The notes below the pieces were generated by a model. That model did no database searches. It saw only the letters and a list, made by a program, of their open reading frames with translations, and was not told the DNA's origin. A stretch of 64,000 nt of DNA from Synechococcus sp. (lineage in GTDB: Bacteria > Cyanobacteriota > Cyanobacteriia > PCC-6307 > Cyanobiaceae): contig JBJBCN010000003.1 in NCBI GenBank assembly GCA_047285805.1, positions 32,001 to 96,000 of the forward strand. The letters are read 5' to 3'. Positions 44,259 to 54,490 of the stretch are shown in pieces; position 1 is the first letter of the stretch; each line of letters starts with the position of its first letter. A program made the translations under genes and the position numbers.

Positions 44259-44387
44259 ACCAGTCAGGGTTCGCTCCGGTGAAACGCCTGGCGCCTGGGG
44301 TGGCACTTCTTTCTTAAATGTCGCCCAGGATGGCTCCACCGAACTGGCCCACCCGCTACACGGCCGCTCCTTCAACCCTTTCGCGAT

Positions 44388-45500
44388 ATGCCTGCCGACG
44401 ACAAGAGCACCAGCGCCTCCAGCCCTGAGCGGGACAAGGCCCTTGGCCTGGTGCTGAACCAAATCGAGCGCAACTTTGGCAAGGGCTCGATCATGCGCCT
44501 GGGGGATGCCTCGCGCATGCGGATCGAGACCACCCCCACCGGCGCCCTGACCCTCGACCTCGCTCTCGGCGGTGGCTATCCCAAAGGACGAGTCGTTGAG
44601 GTCTACGGCCCGGAGAGCTCGGGTAAAACCACCCTCACCCTGCACGCCATTGCCGAAGTGCAGCGCCGCGGCGGCGTGGCGGCCTTCGTCGACGCTGAGC
44701 ACGCCCTGGACCCGGTTTATGCCGCGGCCCTTGGGGTCGACATCGAGAACCTGCTGGTCTCCCAGCCGGACACCGGCGAGATGGCCCTGGAAATCGTCGA
44801 CCAACTGGTGCGCTCCGCCGCCGTTGACATCGTCGTGGTGGACTCCGTGGCCGCCCTCACCCCTCGCTCAGAAATCGAGGGCGAAATGGGCGACCTCGCC
44901 GTCGGCAGCCAAGCCCGCCTGATGAGCCAGGCGATGCGCAAGATCACCGGCAACATCGGCAAGTCCGGTTGCACCGTGATCTTCTTGAACCAGTTGCGTC
45001 AAAAGATTGGCGTGACCTACGGCAACCCCGAAACCACCACCGGTGGTAATGCCCTGAAGTTCTACGCCTCAGTGCGCCTCGACATCCGTCGCATTCAAAC
45101 CCTCAAGCGCGGCACCGAAGAATTCGGCATTCGCGCGAAGGTGAAGGTGGCCAAGAACAAGGTGGCTCCGCCCTTCCGCATTGCCGAATTCGACATCCTG
45201 TTCGGCCGCGGAATTAGCACGGTTGGCTGCCTTCTGGACCTCGCCGAAGAACACGGCGTCGTCGTGCGGAAAGGCGCTTGGTACAGCTACGAGGGCGACA
45301 ACATCGGCCAAGGCCGCGACAACACCATCACCTGGCTCGAGCAAAACAGCACCGAAAAAGAATCGATCGAGGTGAAGGTGCGCCAGAAACTCAGCGAGAC
45401 CACCGACTCGCTGAAGCCCGTCGCCACTGCAGCCGCCAAGCTAGCCGCCTCCGGCAGCGCCAGCAGCAGCAAAGAGCAAGCCCTACCCGCGGCCAGCTGA
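44388..45500 (+). CDS. recA: Recombinase A
   Basis: [25 protein letters not shown]. Confidence 0.99.
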   Translation: MPADDKSTSASSPERDKALGLVLNQIERNFGKGSIMRLGDASRMRIETTPTGALTLDLALGGGYPKGRVVEVYGPESSGKTTLTLHAIAEVQRRGGVAAFVDAEHALDPVYAAALGVDIENLLVSQPDTGEMALEIVDQLVRSAAVDIVVVDSVAALTPRSEIEGEMGDLAVGSQARLMSQAMRKITGNIGKSGCTVIFLNQLRQKIGVTYGNPETTTGGNALKFYASVRLDIRRIQTLKRGTEEFGIRAKVKVAKNKVAPPFRIAEFDILFGRGISTVGCLLDLAEEHGVVVRKGAWYSYEGDNIGQGRDNTITWLEQNSTEKESIEVKVRQKLSETTDSLKPVATAAAKLAASGSASSSKEQALPAAS

Positions 45501-45580
45501 GCAGCTGCAGGCACCAGAAAGCCCCCGAGTGCATAACCAGGGGACCTTTTGCCTGGAGGGGTTGAGACCCTGACCGGGAA

Positions 45581-45925
45581 TTAGGAAACCTGGACTTCTG
45601 CTGCCGCTGCAGCCTGGGCCAGGGCGCTCAGGTTGGCGCTCAGACGCTCCAATTCCTGAATCGCCTCAGCACCCTCCAACTTGACCAGCTCGTGGCCATT
45701 ACGGGATTCGACCCAGCTAATCCCGAAGTCCGAGACCAGAAAGCGCACCATGTGCTGATCACCAAGGCTGGCGACAAACGAAGCGCCTTGGCAGTCTTGG
45801 CCATCACCGCAGACATAACAAGTGGCGGCAATTCCCTGTCGCTGCAGACCACCAGCGAGAGCGCGCAGGCTCGTCACCAAGTCTTCAACAACCGATCGGT
45901 ACTGCTCAGCCAGACGAGCGAACAT
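45581..45925 (-). CDS. Conserved cyanobacterial protein (DUF1815-like)
   Basis: MFARLAEQYR, CYVC, RFLVSDFGISW. Confidence 0.8.
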   Translation of the reverse strand: MFARLAEQYRSVVEDLVTSLRALAGGLQRQGIAATCYVCGDGQDCQGASFVASLGDQHMVRFLVSDFGISWVESRNGHELVKLEGAEAIQELERLSANLSALAQAAAAAEVQVS

Positions 45926-46002
45926 GACCGCCTCAAATTACGGGTGACGATTCTAATCTTTTCTTCATATTTGGGCGAGCGAACGAGTTCGATCCCTAAC
46001 AA

Positions 46003-46245
46003 TTAGCCGTCAGCCAGCGTCCACCAGCCCAGGGCGGGGCCCAAAAAGCGCACGGTCAACCAAAACACCACCAAGGCGCCGATGCCAATCCAGGCACCAC
46101 GCGTGGTGACTGAGACGAACTGCTCACCTTGACGCTGGGTCAGGGGCAGCCACGGGGCAATGCGGGGTGAGGTGTCCTTGGCCTTCGGGGCCTTCTTCTC
46201 ACGGGGGGGCAAGCCCTGTTCCGAGCGACGCTTGGCCTCTCCCAT
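46003..46245 (-). CDS. Conserved cyanobacterial membrane protein (DUF2839-like)
   Basis: MGEAKRR...GAWIGIG..VRFLGP..GWW. Confidence 0.85.
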   Translation of the reverse strand: MGEAKRRSEQGLPPREKKAPKAKDTSPRIAPWLPLTQRQGEQFVSVTTRGAWIGIGALVVFWLTVRFLGPALGWWTLADG

Positions 46246-46291
46246 TGCTCCTGTGCTGCGCGGCGGAGCCAGGTTACGGGCGGTCAGCCCA

Positions 46292-47728
46292 TTAAGGGTT
46301 CGGCAACAAACGAGTGAGCGCCACCCAGGGCTCCAGGGCATCGAGCACCTGACGGCCCCAGCCGCGCCGCTTCAAGCGTCCATCCAGCACCGCCAAGCGA
46401 CCTCCGTTGCGGCGCAGACCCGCGATCGAGCGCTGCAACCGTCCCAGGGCTTCAGGCAACAGCAGCTCCCGGAACCAATCGCGGCCCTCCAGCCTGAGCG
46501 CCGCAACCCGCGCCGCCGTCAACGGATCCTCCAGACTGGAGATGGGCAGGGTGGCCGCCACCAACTGACAGGGCAGGGGCAGCCGCTGTTGATGCTCCAG
46601 CCACCAGCTCCAGCTGCAGCAGATCACTCCATTGGACTCAGGTGCAGTGAGCTCATGGCCCACCCGACTGCCGAATTCCGCCGCCAAGGCACTGGTCAAC
46701 GCCAGCCTCAAGCCCTCGTCATCCAGGAGCACCACGGTGAGGCCGGCCTGGCCCAAGACCAAGCGGCGGCACTGATCCAGCAGGTGACTGGAGTAGTGGG
46801 GGGCGTTCGGCAGGGCCTGGCCCTGGGGCGCGAAGAGGGGCAGGGGATCGAGCAGGGGCGGATCCGCCAGGCTGACCTCCACCTGGGGCGTAAAGCCAAG
46901 CCCTGGGGAGGCGGGCTGCGGCCAAGGGCCCACAACCACCACGCCGCGGCCGCTCAAGAGGCCTGGCATCACCGCACAGGGATCCAGGGGCTGGCGATGC
47001 AGGGTCCACTGCAGCAGCGTTGGATTGATCGAAGCCCAACTCGTCCAGTCCGCTCCTGCGGTCATCAGCCAGTCGGGCCAAGGGTCGGGGAGGGGTGCCA
47101 AAACCCCCAGGAGCTGCCGCAGGGGTGCCTCATCCTCTGGGGTAATAAGAACGCGTTGCTGGGGGCCACACGGGCGGGCCAGGACACGGCGGCTGAGGCG
47201 CTCATGCAGCTGCAACAAGCTCGAGGCAGCCGCGGGGAGGCTCCGGCGCAATTGCTCCCAGTTGCCGGTATCGATCACCACCTCCAGGGCCTGGCGCAAA
47301 AGCGGTTGCAGCAGCTCCCCCTCCGGCACCACCAACTGACGGCCCTCCAACTGCCCGCTCTGCCAGGCCGCTACCAAGGCGTCGTGTTGCAACAACCAGA
47401 GGGGCGCAGCCTCGGGAGCCGTGGCCCCTTCCCAGCAGGGCAGGCTCAAGCCGACGGCCTGCAGCCGCGGCAACTCCACCCTCAACAAGCGCTGGCGCAG
47501 GGCGGGGCTGACCACCAGCGCCACGGGGCTGTTGTGCAAGACCAGGGGGACTAGAAGGCCCAGCAGCCAGCTGGGGTCGCTGCCTGGCGCCAGACGCACC
47601 AAGGTCTGATCCGAGCGGCGCAGGCTGCGGGCCACCAGCCGGCTCAAGGTGAGGTGGTGGGGCCAGCGGGTTTCCCCCTCCTGACGGAGGAGCGCCTTGA
47701 GCTGTTGGTGGGCCTTGGCTTCCAACAT
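46292..47728 (-). CDS. DinG/Rad3-like helicase homologue with degenerate motifs
   Basis: MLEAKAHQQL, WPHHLTLSRLVARSL, DWFR..LLP, AVLDGRL..RGWG (helicase C-terminal domain). Confidence 0.78.
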   Translation of the reverse strand: MLEAKAHQQLKALLRQEGETRWPHHLTLSRLVARSLRRSDQTLVRLAPGSDPSWLLGLLVPLVLHNSPVALVVSPALRQRLLRVELPRLQAVGLSLPCWEGATAPEAAPLWLLQHDALVAAWQSGQLEGRQLVVPEGELLQPLLRQALEVVIDTGNWEQLRRSLPAAASSLLQLHERLSRRVLARPCGPQQRVLITPEDEAPLRQLLGVLAPLPDPWPDWLMTAGADWTSWASINPTLLQWTLHRQPLDPCAVMPGLLSGRGVVVVGPWPQPASPGLGFTPQVEVSLADPPLLDPLPLFAPQGQALPNAPHYSSHLLDQCRRLVLGQAGLTVVLLDDEGLRLALTSALAAEFGSRVGHELTAPESNGVICCSWSWWLEHQQRLPLPCQLVAATLPISSLEDPLTAARVAALRLEGRDWFRELLLPEALGRLQRSIAGLRRNGGRLAVLDGRLKRRGWGRQVLDALEPWVALTRLLPNP

Positions 47729-47769
47729 CCGCGAATCGTAGGAAGCTGGGACGAGACAACTGTGCAGCG

Positions 47770-48630
47770 ATGACAACCCACTGGCGCAAGCGACCCATCG
47801 GGATCGTGGGCCTGGGGTTGATCGGCGGATCTCTGGGGCTTGATCTGCAGGCCCAAGGACTCGAGGTGCGGGCCTTGGTTCATCGCGCCAGCACAGCCGA
47901 GCGTGCCCGGGAACGGGGGCTGGCCCAGCGGATCGAGACCGACCCGGCCGTGCTCGAGGACTGCGGCCTCGTGATCCTCGCCCTGCCCCTCAATCGCCTG
48001 CTGGATCCCGACCCCGACTTGGTGGCGGCCTTGCCTGCGGACGCCGTGATCACAGATGTGGGCTCGGTCAAACAGCCCATCCAGGAGCGCTGGGACAAGC
48101 TCCACCGGCGTTTCCTGCCAAGCCATCCGATGGCGGGCACCGCCCTGGCCGGCGTCGAAGCTGGGATCACCGGACTCTTTCAGGGCCGCCCTTGGGTCGC
48201 CACACCAAAGGCAGGGACCGATTCAGACGCCCTAGCCTCGGTCCGGGCGGTAGCTGAAGTCGTGGGCGCCGACTGGCTGGAATGCCCCGCCGCTGCCCAC
48301 GACCAGGCCGTCGCCCTGATCTCCCACATGCCCGTTCTCGTCAGTGCCGCCCTGCTGCAAAGCGCCAATCAGGGTGGCAAAGCGGTCCAGGTCGAAAGCC
48401 TCGTGCGGGCTCTGGCCTCCAGTGGCTTTGCGGACACGAGCCGCATCGGCGGCGGCAATCCCGAACTGGGCACTCTGATGGCCCGTACCAACCGTACCGC
48501 CATCCTCGCATCCCTAGAGCAGTACCAACGGCAACTGGAAGCGCTGCAAGGGCTGGTGGAGGGGGAACAGTGGGAGGCCCTGCAAAAGCAACTGAGCCAA
48601 TGCCAGGCCCTCCGGCCTGAATTCCTCTAA
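47770..48630 (+). CDS. tyrA: Prephenate/arogenate dehydrogenase
   Basis: GLGLIGGS, TDVGSVK, HPMAG, HDQAVALISH. Confidence 0.93.
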   Translation: MTTHWRKRPIGIVGLGLIGGSLGLDLQAQGLEVRALVHRASTAERARERGLAQRIETDPAVLEDCGLVILALPLNRLLDPDPDLVAALPADAVITDVGSVKQPIQERWDKLHRRFLPSHPMAGTALAGVEAGITGLFQGRPWVATPKAGTDSDALASVRAVAEVVGADWLECPAAAHDQAVALISHMPVLVSAALLQSANQGGKAVQVESLVRALASSGFADTSRIGGGNPELGTLMARTNRTAILASLEQYQRQLEALQGLVEGEQWEALQKQLSQCQALRPEFL

Positions 48631-50129
48631 GCCTTGAGATCCAGGGAGCGCCCCTGGCTGTGCAGGAGCTGCCGGCAGGCCATCAAGGCCGAAAGGCTCA
48701 CCCCAGCGGTGCCCTCGCCCGGATAGATGGCATCACCACAGAGCCAGAGTCCGCTGAGGGGGCTGCGGCTAGCGAGCCCCAAAAGACCGAAGCGGCTGGG
48801 GTGCTGCCCCAAGCCACCCACAAAACCAAAGGGCCGCCCCGTCCAACCTGCAAAACCGCGCGGCGTGGCCAATTCGGCGTGGCGGTAGTGCTCGGGCTTC
48901 AACCCCAAGAATGTCTCCAACGCCGCCTGAATCCCAGCCATCGCCTGCTGCTTACGGTGCTGGTACTCCGGCTCCGGCAAGCCGAACCAGGGCCTCGCGG
49001 GGGTAAACACGCTGGCGATCACGGTCGCCTGACCCGCCGGGGCCCGTCCATCGCCCTCGGAGCTGAAGGAGAGGAAGACGCTGCCGGGATCCTGCCAATC
49101 CAACTGGGCATGCAGGCCGAGCGCCGGCGACAGGCGCTCGCGATCCACCACGGCATAGAGCACCAAAGCCCCGGAGGGATCGGGGAAGCTGGCGATGCGG
49201 CGGCCATAGGCCGCCGGCAGCGCCTCCCCCAGAAGCTCGGGCAGGGTCTGGGGCGGCAGCGCACAGACCACATCGTCCGCCTGGAGGGCAAAGGGCTTCT
49301 GGGCCTGCCCCTCGCCGCTGAGCTGCCAGCCCCTGGCCCCAGGACGCATCGCACTGACGCGGTGGCGCAAGCGCAGACAGCCGCCCTTGGCCGCAAACAC
49401 CTGCTCGAGGGCCGAGCCGAGCTGCTGCATCGAACCGTGGAGATGCCAAAGCCCAAGCGGGTCCTGAGCCATCGCCAACACCGTGGCCCCGTAGAGCGCC
49501 GCCGTGCGATCAACCGGCTCTTGGGAATAGAGACGCAGCTGGAGATCCAGAAAGCGGCGCAGGCGCTGGTCCGCGCCGCAGCCGCTGAGGACCAGCAGAT
49601 CCGCCACCGTGGCCGTCGTGAACAGGCCACTGGCCAAGGTGCGGGCACTCAACGCCCCCAGCAGCTGGCACAGATCCCACAGGGTGCGCGGCGGCAGCAC
49701 CGGATCATTGGCTGCGAAGGTCCAATTGCTTTGGTGCAGCAGGCCGCAGAGGGCCCAGAAGCGTTCGCTTCCGGGGAACTGGCGTTGGCGCTCCAGACGC
49801 CAAGACTCGGGGTCCCGCCAGAGCTGAACCGGCGCTTCAGCGGTGCTGAGCTGGACGCTGCAGCCGGGGTCGAGGGGTGTAGCAGCGGGGAGCGGGACAC
49901 CGAAATGAGCCATCAGGCGCTGATGGATGCCCCCCTGTTCAAAGCCCGCGACCTGGGTCGCCCCGACATCAAAGGTGTAGGGACCGCGGCGAAAGGTTCC
50001 CGCGCAGCCGCCGGTCTGGCTGTGGGCTTCCAGCAACTCCACCTGCAGACCCTCAGCGGCCAACAGGGCGGCGGCGGTCAGGCCCGCGATGCCCCCCCCA
50101 ACCACTGCGACATCACAGGATTTGACCAT
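48627..50129 (-). CDS. crtD: Carotenoid C-3',4' desaturase (CrtD-like FAD oxidoreductase)
   Basis: VVGGGIAGL, GGCAGTF, FDVGATQVAG, CGDAIYPGEGTAGV. Confidence 0.82.
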   Translation of the reverse strand: MVKSCDVAVVGGGIAGLTAAALLAAEGLQVELLEAHSQTGGCAGTFRRGPYTFDVGATQVAGFEQGGIHQRLMAHFGVPLPAATPLDPGCSVQLSTAEAPVQLWRDPESWRLERQRQFPGSERFWALCGLLHQSNWTFAANDPVLPPRTLWDLCQLLGALSARTLASGLFTTATVADLLVLSGCGADQRLRRFLDLQLRLYSQEPVDRTAALYGATVLAMAQDPLGLWHLHGSMQQLGSALEQVFAAKGGCLRLRHRVSAMRPGARGWQLSGEGQAQKPFALQADDVVCALPPQTLPELLGEALPAAYGRRIASFPDPSGALVLYAVVDRERLSPALGLHAQLDWQDPGSVFLSFSSEGDGRAPAGQATVIASVFTPARPWFGLPEPEYQHRKQQAMAGIQAALETFLGLKPEHYRHAELATPRGFAGWTGRPFGFVGGLGQHPSRFGLLGLASRSPLSGLWLCGDAIYPGEGTAGVSLSALMACRQLLHSQGRSLDLKA

Positions 50130-50166
50130 CACGGCATGCTGGCAGCGCCCCTGCCTCCACCGCGTC

Positions 50167-51072
50167 GTGTCCAGCCCGCAGGCCTTCTCCGACTGGATCG
50201 AGACCACCACGGGAGCGCGCCTACTGAGCCGCTCAGCGGTAGGAGGTGGCTGCATCCACAGCGCCTGGCGTTTGACCCTTGCCAATGGCCAAACGCTTTT
50301 CGCCAAAAACAACCGCGCTGCACTCTTGCCGGTGTTGGAGGCCGAAGCCCAGGGTCTCGAGGCCCTCGCAAAGGCCGTTGAGCAAGGCGGTTCAGAGCTC
50401 GCCATTCCGCAGCCCTGCGGCCTGGGCCTCGCTGGGCCAGAGGCCGTTTTGCTGCTGAACTGGCTGAAAGTTGGGACCCCGTCCGATCCACCCCAAGCCT
50501 GGAGGGCCCTTGGAGCGGGGCTTGCCCGGATGCACCGCGGCAGCCTGAAGGGCCATGACGGGCGCTTCGGGTGGGAGCGGGACAACTTCATCGGCTCGGG
50601 TCCCCAGGCCAACCGCTGGGGGGAGAGCTGGGGGCGCTTTTTTGCAGAAGAACGCCTGGGTGCCCAACTGCGCTGGGCGGCAGCCTCGGGCAAGACGCTC
50701 CAAGGGGCCGAGGAGCTGCTGGACCGTGTTCCGCTCTGGCTAGCGGAACACCACGCTGAGCCGGCCCTGGTGCACGGCGACCTCTGGAGCGGCAATGCCG
50801 CCCTGCTACAGGCCGGCGGGGGCAGCATCTTTGACCCTGCCGTCTACCGCGGAGACCGGGAGGTGGATCTCGCGATGGCGCAGCTCTTTGGCGGATTCCC
50901 CCGCAGCTTCTTCGCCGGCTACGAGCAGGAATGGCCTCTAGAAGAAGGCCACGGGCGGCGGGTCGAGCTCTACAACCTGTATCACCTGCTGAACCACGCC
51001 AACCTTTTTGGCGGCGGCTATTGGCAGCGAAGTGCCGCCAGCATCACCGCGTTGCTGCGCGAGTGGCACTGA
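50167..51072 (+). CDS. Fructosamine/ketosamine-3-kinase family protein
   Basis: VGGGCIH, LVHGDLWSGN, FDPAVY.GDRE.DLAM, HANLFGGGY; start approximate. Confidence 0.9.
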   Translation: MSSPQAFSDWIETTTGARLLSRSAVGGGCIHSAWRLTLANGQTLFAKNNRAALLPVLEAEAQGLEALAKAVEQGGSELAIPQPCGLGLAGPEAVLLLNWLKVGTPSDPPQAWRALGAGLARMHRGSLKGHDGRFGWERDNFIGSGPQANRWGESWGRFFAEERLGAQLRWAAASGKTLQGAEELLDRVPLWLAEHHAEPALVHGDLWSGNAALLQAGGGSIFDPAVYRGDREVDLAMAQLFGGFPRSFFAGYEQEWPLEEGHGRRVELYNLYHLLNHANLFGGGYWQRSAASITALLREWH

Positions 51073-51103
51073 CGGCACCGGGGAGCGCTGAACTCAGCTG
51101 TAT

Positions 51104-51469
51104 TCAGCCGAGATACTCCTTGCGCAGACCCTGAACCTTGTTGATCACGGCGGTGCGCTTGTCGCTGGTGGTCAGGTTCTTCCAGCTCCACTGACCGACC
51201 ACAAGCAAACCCAGCAGTTCGAGCAAACCAGGAACGACCGGCAGGAGGTTGATGGTGTCGAGAACACCCTTGATCAGAATCTGGGCAACGATGACGATCA
51301 CCAGAACGCCGACGCCCTTGCCGATGCGGCCCATCTGGTTCCAGTCCACCTTGTCGAGGGTCTCGTTGACCTTGCTCAGCACCTCGGTGTAGCGCTCGGT
51401 GAAATTCGCGCCGGTCTCTTCTGCCGCGGGTGTCACCGATTCCTTCACATCGTTGCTGTCGTCGGTCAT
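51104..51469 (-). CDS. CAAD-domain (CURT1-like) thylakoid membrane protein
   Basis: Two TM segments with LDTINLLPVVPGLLELLG; C-terminal amphipathic helix. Confidence 0.85.
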   Translation of the reverse strand: MTDDSNDVKESVTPAAEETGANFTERYTEVLSKVNETLDKVDWNQMGRIGKGVGVLVIVIVAQILIKGVLDTINLLPVVPGLLELLGLLVVGQWSWKNLTTSDKRTAVINKVQGLRKEYLG

Positions 51470-51510
51470 CAGGATGGGCTTGGATTAAAACCTCGACACA
51501 AGGTATCCGG

Positions 51511-51987
51511 GTGACTGTCGAAGCGCCAGACCAGTTGCGCGTTGATTGTCATTGGCTGATCGTTTTGGAGCGCACCCTGCAGGCGGCGTTTCCCGATGAG
51601 GGATGCGCTCTGTTACTGGGGCAAACCACAGGCACAACCTTGGAGCTGCTTCGGGTTTGGCCCTGTTGCAACAGCTGGGAACCCGCCCAGGAAAGGGATC
51701 ACCGCTTCCAGCTCGACCCCAGGGAGCAGCTGCTGGCGCAACGCTGGGCGAGGGAGAAAGGACTACAGGTGATCGGCGCCGCACATAGCCACCCCACCAG
51801 CCCCGCCATCCCGTCGGCCACCGACCGGGAGCTCTGTTTCGGACCGACATTGATGCTCATTCGCTCGGGCCTGGAGCAGAACCCTTGGCGGGCCTGGTGG
51901 ATCTCAGGCGAGGAGGGTCCGAGCGAACCACGCGAATTGCCTTTGCGCGGGGGGCTGGCCGCAGGGGACCTGCGTTTGGGAAAGTAG
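51511..51987 (+). CDS. JAB/MPN+ (Mov34, M67) metallopeptidase
   Basis: PDEGCALL and HSHPTSPAIPSATD (JAMM motif). Confidence 0.9.
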   Translation: MTVEAPDQLRVDCHWLIVLERTLQAAFPDEGCALLLGQTTGTTLELLRVWPCCNSWEPAQERDHRFQLDPREQLLAQRWAREKGLQVIGAAHSHPTSPAIPSATDRELCFGPTLMLIRSGLEQNPWRAWWISGEEGPSEPRELPLRGGLAAGDLRLGK

Positions 51988-52012
51988 GGAGCTGGAAAGC
52001 GATCAGCACTCC

Positions 52013-53185
52013 ATGCTTCCCCTTGAAACCACCGGCATCGAGCTGAGCCCCGATGAGGTGGCCCGTTTTGCGCGCCACCTGATTCTGCCGGAAGTGGGCA
52101 TGGAGGGCCAAAAGCGGCTCAAAGCCTCTTCCGTTCTCTGCGTTGGCACCGGCGGTCTGGGCTCACCACTGCTGCTGTATCTGGCAGCAGCCGGCGTTGG
52201 CCGCATCGGCATCGTCGACTTTGACGTGGTCGATCACTCCAACCTGCAGCGCCAGGTGATCCACGGCACCAGCTGGGTCGGCAAACCCAAGATCGAATCG
52301 GCCAAAGCCCGGATTCTCGAGATCAACCCCCACTGCCAGGTAGATCTCTACGAGACGGCGCTCAGCAGCGAGAACGCCCTCGACATTGTTCGGCCCTACG
52401 ACATCGTCTGCGACGGGACCGACAACTTCCCCACCCGCTACCTGGTGAACGACGCCTGCGTGCTATTGGGCAAGCCGAACGTCTACGGCTCGATCTTCCG
52501 CTTTGAAGGCCAAGCCACGGTGTTCAACCTGGATGCCGAGAGCCCCAACTACCGCGACCTATTCCCCGAGCCCCCTCCCCCGGGCATGGTTCCCTCCTGC
52601 GCCGAAGGCGGCGTGGTGGGCGTTCTGCCCGGAATCATCGGTGTGATCCAAGCCACCGAAGCGGTAAAGATCATCACCGGCATTGGCACCACCCTCAGCG
52701 GCCGTCTACTGCTGTTTGATGCCCTCGGCATGAAGTTCCGGGAACTGAAGCTGCGCCCCAACCCCGAGCGGCCTGTGATCGAGAAACTGATCGACTACCA
52801 GGAGTTCTGTGGCGTGGGCGGCACCGCCCCGGGCCAAGAGGAAGCCGGCTCCGTCGAGAGCATCAGCGTCAGCGAGCTGAAGACCCTGCTGGATGGGGAC
52901 ACCTCCGGCATGGTGCTGATCGACGTTCGCAATCCCCCCGAAGCCGAGATCGCTGTCATCCCCGGCGCCGAGCTGATTCCCCTCGATCAAATCGAGAACG
53001 GGACTGCCGTGGAGCGCGTGAAGGAACTGGCCAACAGCAAGCAGCTCTACGTTCACTGCAAGCTGGGCGGCCGCAGCGCAAAAGCACTGATCGCCCTCAA
53101 GCGCCATGGTGTTGAGGGCATCAACGTGGCCGGCGGCATTGATGCCTGGAGCCAAGAGGTGGACAGCTCCGTCCCCCGCTACTGA
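52013..53185 (+). CDS. moeB: MoeB/MoeZ-type E1-like adenylyltransferase with rhodanese domain
   Basis: VGTGGLGS, SNLQRQ, PSCAEGG, HCKLGGRS. Confidence 0.93.
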   Translation: MLPLETTGIELSPDEVARFARHLILPEVGMEGQKRLKASSVLCVGTGGLGSPLLLYLAAAGVGRIGIVDFDVVDHSNLQRQVIHGTSWVGKPKIESAKARILEINPHCQVDLYETALSSENALDIVRPYDIVCDGTDNFPTRYLVNDACVLLGKPNVYGSIFRFEGQATVFNLDAESPNYRDLFPEPPPPGMVPSCAEGGVVGVLPGIIGVIQATEAVKIITGIGTTLSGRLLLFDALGMKFRELKLRPNPERPVIEKLIDYQEFCGVGGTAPGQEEAGSVESISVSELKTLLDGDTSGMVLIDVRNPPEAEIAVIPGAELIPLDQIENGTAVERVKELANSKQLYVHCKLGGRSAKALIALKRHGVEGINVAGGIDAWSQEVDSSVPRY

Positions 53186-53196
53186 TTCGAAGGCCG

Positions 53197-53222
53197 AAGC
53201 CCGGGGCAACCCGGGCTTTTTT
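53197..53222 (+). terminator. Terminator after moeB
   Basis: AAGCCCGGG-GCAA-CCCGGGC-TTTTTT. Confidence 0.85.
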
Positions 53223-53231
53223 CATGCCCGC

Positions 53232-54437
53232 TCAGTAATCGACGCCGCGCTTGAGGTGCACACCCCGCTCGGCGTAGTGCTTGTGGCAAACCATCTCGGA
53301 GTGGACGCTGGCCAAATCGAAGTAGGCCGGTGGGTGCTTACAGCGTCCGGTCAGGATCACTTCGGTTTCGGCCGGCTTGCGCAGCAGGGTCTGCACGATC
53401 GGCTCGACCGGAATCAGCTCGAGATCCACGGTGGGGTTGATCTCATCGAGGATCACCGTTTTGTAGAGGCCGCTGGAGATCGCCGCACGGGCAATCTCCC
53501 AAGCCCGCTCCGCTTCGACGTAATCAATCGGCTGCTGCTGGCCGCGCCAGACGATGGCATCGCGGCCGGAGCGCAGGTGATCCACCAGATGCGGGTAGCT
53601 CTCGCGCAGGGCCGCAATAGCCGCGTCCTCCGTGTAGCCGTTGCCCCCCTTCAGCCACTGCAGGATCAAAACCCGATGGCTCTTGTCCTGGGAGATGCCG
53701 CGGCCAATGGCCTGGAGGGCCTTGCCCAGGGCACTGGTGGATTTGCCTTTGCCTTCACCGGTGTAGACCTCGACTCCCTCGAGGCCCGCTAAAACGGGCT
53801 CACCGGTTTGCTCCTCGAGCTCCGGGGTGTCGGGGCGGCGGTGGGCGCGCATCTCAGAATGGAGATCAGCGATCTGTACCAGCGGGCGCGGAGCGCCGCG
53901 GCCGGTGACTATCACCTCCATGCCCGCGGGCTTCGCGGAGAGTGTCCGGACCACCTCCTCGGCATCCAGCAGGCCGAGGTCGAGCACGGGGTTGAGCTCA
54001 TCGAGCACCACCACCGAATAGAGCTCGCTGGCAATCGCCCCTTTAGCAATGGTCCAGCCCCGCTGGGCTTCCTGGACGTCAACGCGGGTGACCTCATCGA
54101 CGCCGAAAAATTCGCCGCGGCCGGTGCGTACCTGATCGATCAGGTGGGGGAAACCCTGCTGCAGGGCTTCGATCGCGGCATCTTCGTCGTAGGCGCGGCC
54201 GGGTCCCTTTAAAAAGCGCAGCAGCAGGACGCGGGTTTGCTTCTGCTCGCAGATCCCCAGGCCAATCGTGCGCAGGACGACACCCAAGGCCGCCTGACTT
54301 TTGCCCTTGCCTTCGCCGTCATAGACGTGCACTTGGCCGCGGCTGCGCTCGCTTCCGTCGGCGGCGGTCCGGATCCCAATGCCACGACCGGTGCTGCGGG
54401 TAGAGCTGGCAGAGGTTGCCTGCGGAGCCATCGACAC
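53232..54437 (-). CDS. cobO: Cob(I)yrinic acid a,c-diamide adenosyltransferase (tandem CobO/BtuR domains)
   Basis: Two GEGKGKS P-loops, two LDE.N motifs and two TGR motifs. Confidence 0.9.
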   Translation of the reverse strand: MSMAPQATSASSTRSTGRGIGIRTAADGSERSRGQVHVYDGEGKGKSQAALGVVLRTIGLGICEQKQTRVLLLRFLKGPGRAYDEDAAIEALQQGFPHLIDQVRTGRGEFFGVDEVTRVDVQEAQRGWTIAKGAIASELYSVVVLDELNPVLDLGLLDAEEVVRTLSAKPAGMEVIVTGRGAPRPLVQIADLHSEMRAHRRPDTPELEEQTGEPVLAGLEGVEVYTGEGKGKSTSALGKALQAIGRGISQDKSHRVLILQWLKGGNGYTEDAAIAALRESYPHLVDHLRSGRDAIVWRGQQQPIDYVEAERAWEIARAAISSGLYKTVILDEINPTVDLELIPVEPIVQTLLRKPAETEVILTGRCKHPPAYFDLASVHSEMVCHKHYAERGVHLKRGVDY

Positions 54438-54490
54438 GCCTCTTACCGTTGGATCCTAACGAGAGTGATTTGAAGCCAGGGCACCCGATC

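Noticed and set aside
44260..44350. Possible SRP RNA or other known ncRNA upstream of recA
   Set aside because: It lacks the SRP domain IV signature (CAGG..GGAA..AGCAG) and is treated as the recA leader.
53232..54437. Internal duplication in the adenosyltransferase
   Set aside because: Tandem-domain CobO is the ordinary cyanobacterial form.
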